A stretch of 64,000 bases of DNA from Paraspadella gotoi (Eukaryota > Animalia > Chaetognatha): contig JBJCIZ010001661.1 in NCBI GenBank assembly GCA_051294375.1, positions 4,812 through 68,811 of the forward strand, written 5' to 3'. A program made the position numbers and the translations under genes. The notes beneath the pieces were generated by a model. The model was not told the DNA's origin. It made no database searches and saw only the letters and a program-made list of their open reading frames with translations. Below, piece by piece: positions 61,884 through 64,000 of the stretch; positions within the stretch are counted from its first letter, which is position 1; the number at the start of each line of letters is the position of its first letter.

Positions 61884-64000
61884 ACCTACGCCCGTCTTGG
61901 GACAGCGTGAGTAATAATGGCGTCATCAACGTCCAACTCGCGAGGCGATGAAAATTGCCGCTTAGTTCATGTAAATTTGAATTAAACTACTCTCGTGGCT
62001 CTGAGTCTACACTCCCTAGGCCAATGGTGCAGGAAGAATGAAGATTTCTTCAGTCGGACGGTGCATTGGAATTGGACCTGGAGGATTGTCCTCGCCGTCG
62101 ACATTCCTGTCTTCGGAGGACGACGCGCCTCCGTCCTCAGGAGGAGATTTCTTCCTTTGCTCATCTTAGCGGGATGTCGAGATTCGGCTCTTCCAACGAA
62201 AGAGATCGGCTTTATTCTTTCAGCCGAATATACCTGACTTGGTGAACGGAGAGATTCGCCGTGGAAGTATAGGATGCTCCCATTGCGTTTAAAACCGAAT
62301 GGGATGGACCATCGGCGGCCCACGCGGCCAAGGGGTCGTCGAGTCCGCGGGGAATCCATCAAGTTGACCTGTCACCGTATCAAAGTTGACCGAGCAGCTC
62401 AGCGCGAAAATCAGCGTCTTTTTTGAAGCGGATTTTCGCCGGCGCCATCGGCGAAGCCTCAATCTAATTGCGGCAAGACGACTTTCGCCATGGAGCAGCT
62501 TCGGTCGACCGATACAGTTCGACGAGGACTGTCGGACATTGGAAGGTTGGGCTTCCTTGAAGGAAGGCCGGGGAAAAGGCTGCGGGAGATTCTGAACAAA
62601 TGTAATTCGTCTGAGAGGCCATGAATTCGCTCCTAAAGCCCGGGCAAGGGATGCGGCGAGAGCGCTTCGCAAATAAAGGAGTCTTTAGCAGTTCAAGGAA
62701 ATCATTTGACGAAGCGTCATGCGATTCGAATTAGATGATCCAGCAGTCCCCGGACGGAGAAACCAATTTGGTGCTTGCCCACTTTATATCGCAACGAGAG
62801 CTGACAAGCCATGGAAAATATCGCGTCTGCCATTGACGCGCAAGGCGTGCTTGCGGACGATCAAGGCCTCAACGCATCAGCTTCTCACCGGGCCCGACCT
62901 AATGAATAATCTTCTTGGCGTCCTTTTCGCTTTCGCCGTCACGAAATCTCCCTCGACTCCGACGTGCGCGGATTCTTTCATCAGTGCTTCGTCGACGAAA
63001 AAGATCGCCATGTGTTTCGCTCTGGTGGTTTGAAGACGAAACAATGGAAAGTCTCGTTCTATGGAGATGATCGTCCACGTTTTCGGCGCAGAAAGTCGTC
63101 GCCTACGTGGCGCCGAAGCTACGTGCTTCAGCATCACGGCCGTTACCCTTTATGGAACGGTTTCCACCGGAGTCGTGACGCCATCTTCAACGATTTTCTA
63201 CGTGGACAACTTGTTTGCTTTCGCGCCGACCGTCGAGCTGCCCGAAACTCCGCGATCGGCATCACGGAAAGCGATGAAGCGTGGCAGGCTTCGACCTTGT
63301 AATGCTGTCGATCATCGCCAAAGAGGCGTTTGGAGGATGACACGCCTGGCGTCGAAAAGGAATGGGGAAGATATTCAAAAACCTTCAGTGTATGAGAGCG
63401 ACGACAATGGGAAAGTTCTTGGCGTTTGTCTTTTTTTTCACGTGATATATTTCTCGTTCAATACGAACCAAGAAGAAGGTGGATACAGAAGTCCAAACGC
63501 GACGACAAATGCTCTCACTTTCACAAGCTCTCTCTTTGATCCTATGGGGTTTCGTGGCACCCTTCATTCCTGCAGCGGACGTGAGATTTTTCAGCGGGGC
63601 AACTAAGAGAAAAAACTCCGTGGGCATTATCCAGTTTCAAGGAGATATTGTCGAAATCAAACAAATGGCGGCAAGAGTAGTGAAGCTTACTTCCATCGAG
63701 ATTCCTCGTGGGATCCCCGACGAAGGCAACTACAAATACGGGCGCCCGAGATGCACATCTTCTGCGATGCCTCGAAGTTGGGGCTACGGTGTCGCCCTCA
63801 TGTATCGTTGCGTCGAGGTCCATTCAGAGACTTACTCCGCTTATTTCTTTGGAAAATCGCGCGTTGTGCCTCTGTCTTCGAGTAGTGTTTCTCACCATGA
63901 ATCAAATTCCGGCTGGAACTTACCGCCGCGAAACTCCCGCCAACTTCGTCTATCTGTCTATGGATTCAGGTTCATGAGGAATAATTCGATCTCTCTCTTT
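61884..64000 (+). pseudogene. pol: Bel/Pao Pol: aspartic protease, reverse transcriptase, RNase H (frameshifted)
   Basis: Motifs in order: TYA..DS (~61884-61906); GWTIGGP (~62300); LLTGPDLMNNLLGVL (62881-62925); DVRGFFHQCFVDEKDRHVFR; MIVHVFGAES; FYVDNL (63196-63213); KVLGV; SSLFDPMGF; MHIFCDASKLG (63751-63783); KSRVVP; RLEL. Confidence 0.92.

Larger units (their letters stand above)
58205..64000 (+). mobile_element. Bel/Pao LTR retrotransposon, truncated by the window end, heavily frameshifted as assembled
   Basis: Sharp shift to GC/CpG-rich sequence; ordered gag zinc knuckles, protease, RT and RNase H motifs characteristic of Bel/Pao. Confidence 0.93.

Overview
This is very AT-rich, repeat-dominated eukaryotic DNA (probably an invertebrate draft assembly) with five N-gaps and stretches of indel-rich, low-accuracy sequence. 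No intact protein-coding gene, rRNA, full tRNA or CRISPR array is supported, and nearly all listed ORFs are by-products of repeats. About 40 kb is a complex satellite built from CTGTGCAA/TTGCACAG motifs, with frequent orientation switches and higher-order repeats. Embedded in or next to it are: (1) three copies of a fold-back MITE, each flanked by an 8-bp duplication of the satellite core CTGTGCA(A/T), suggesting a satellite-targeting hAT-like element; (2) non-autonomous Helentron-like (HINE/DINE-1-type) elements, including two full copies (27056-30020, 49632-52223) and three 5' heads that run directly into the main satellite; (3) a highly homogeneous 183-bp satellite whose unit carries an inverted repeat and a four-G-tract block; (4) mini- and microsatellites and tRNA B-box-like motifs; and (5) a frameshift-riddled Bel/Pao LTR retrotransposon (gag zinc knuckles, protease, RT, RNase H) running off the right end. 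A ~7-kb duplication around the 25-N gap may be an assembly artefact.
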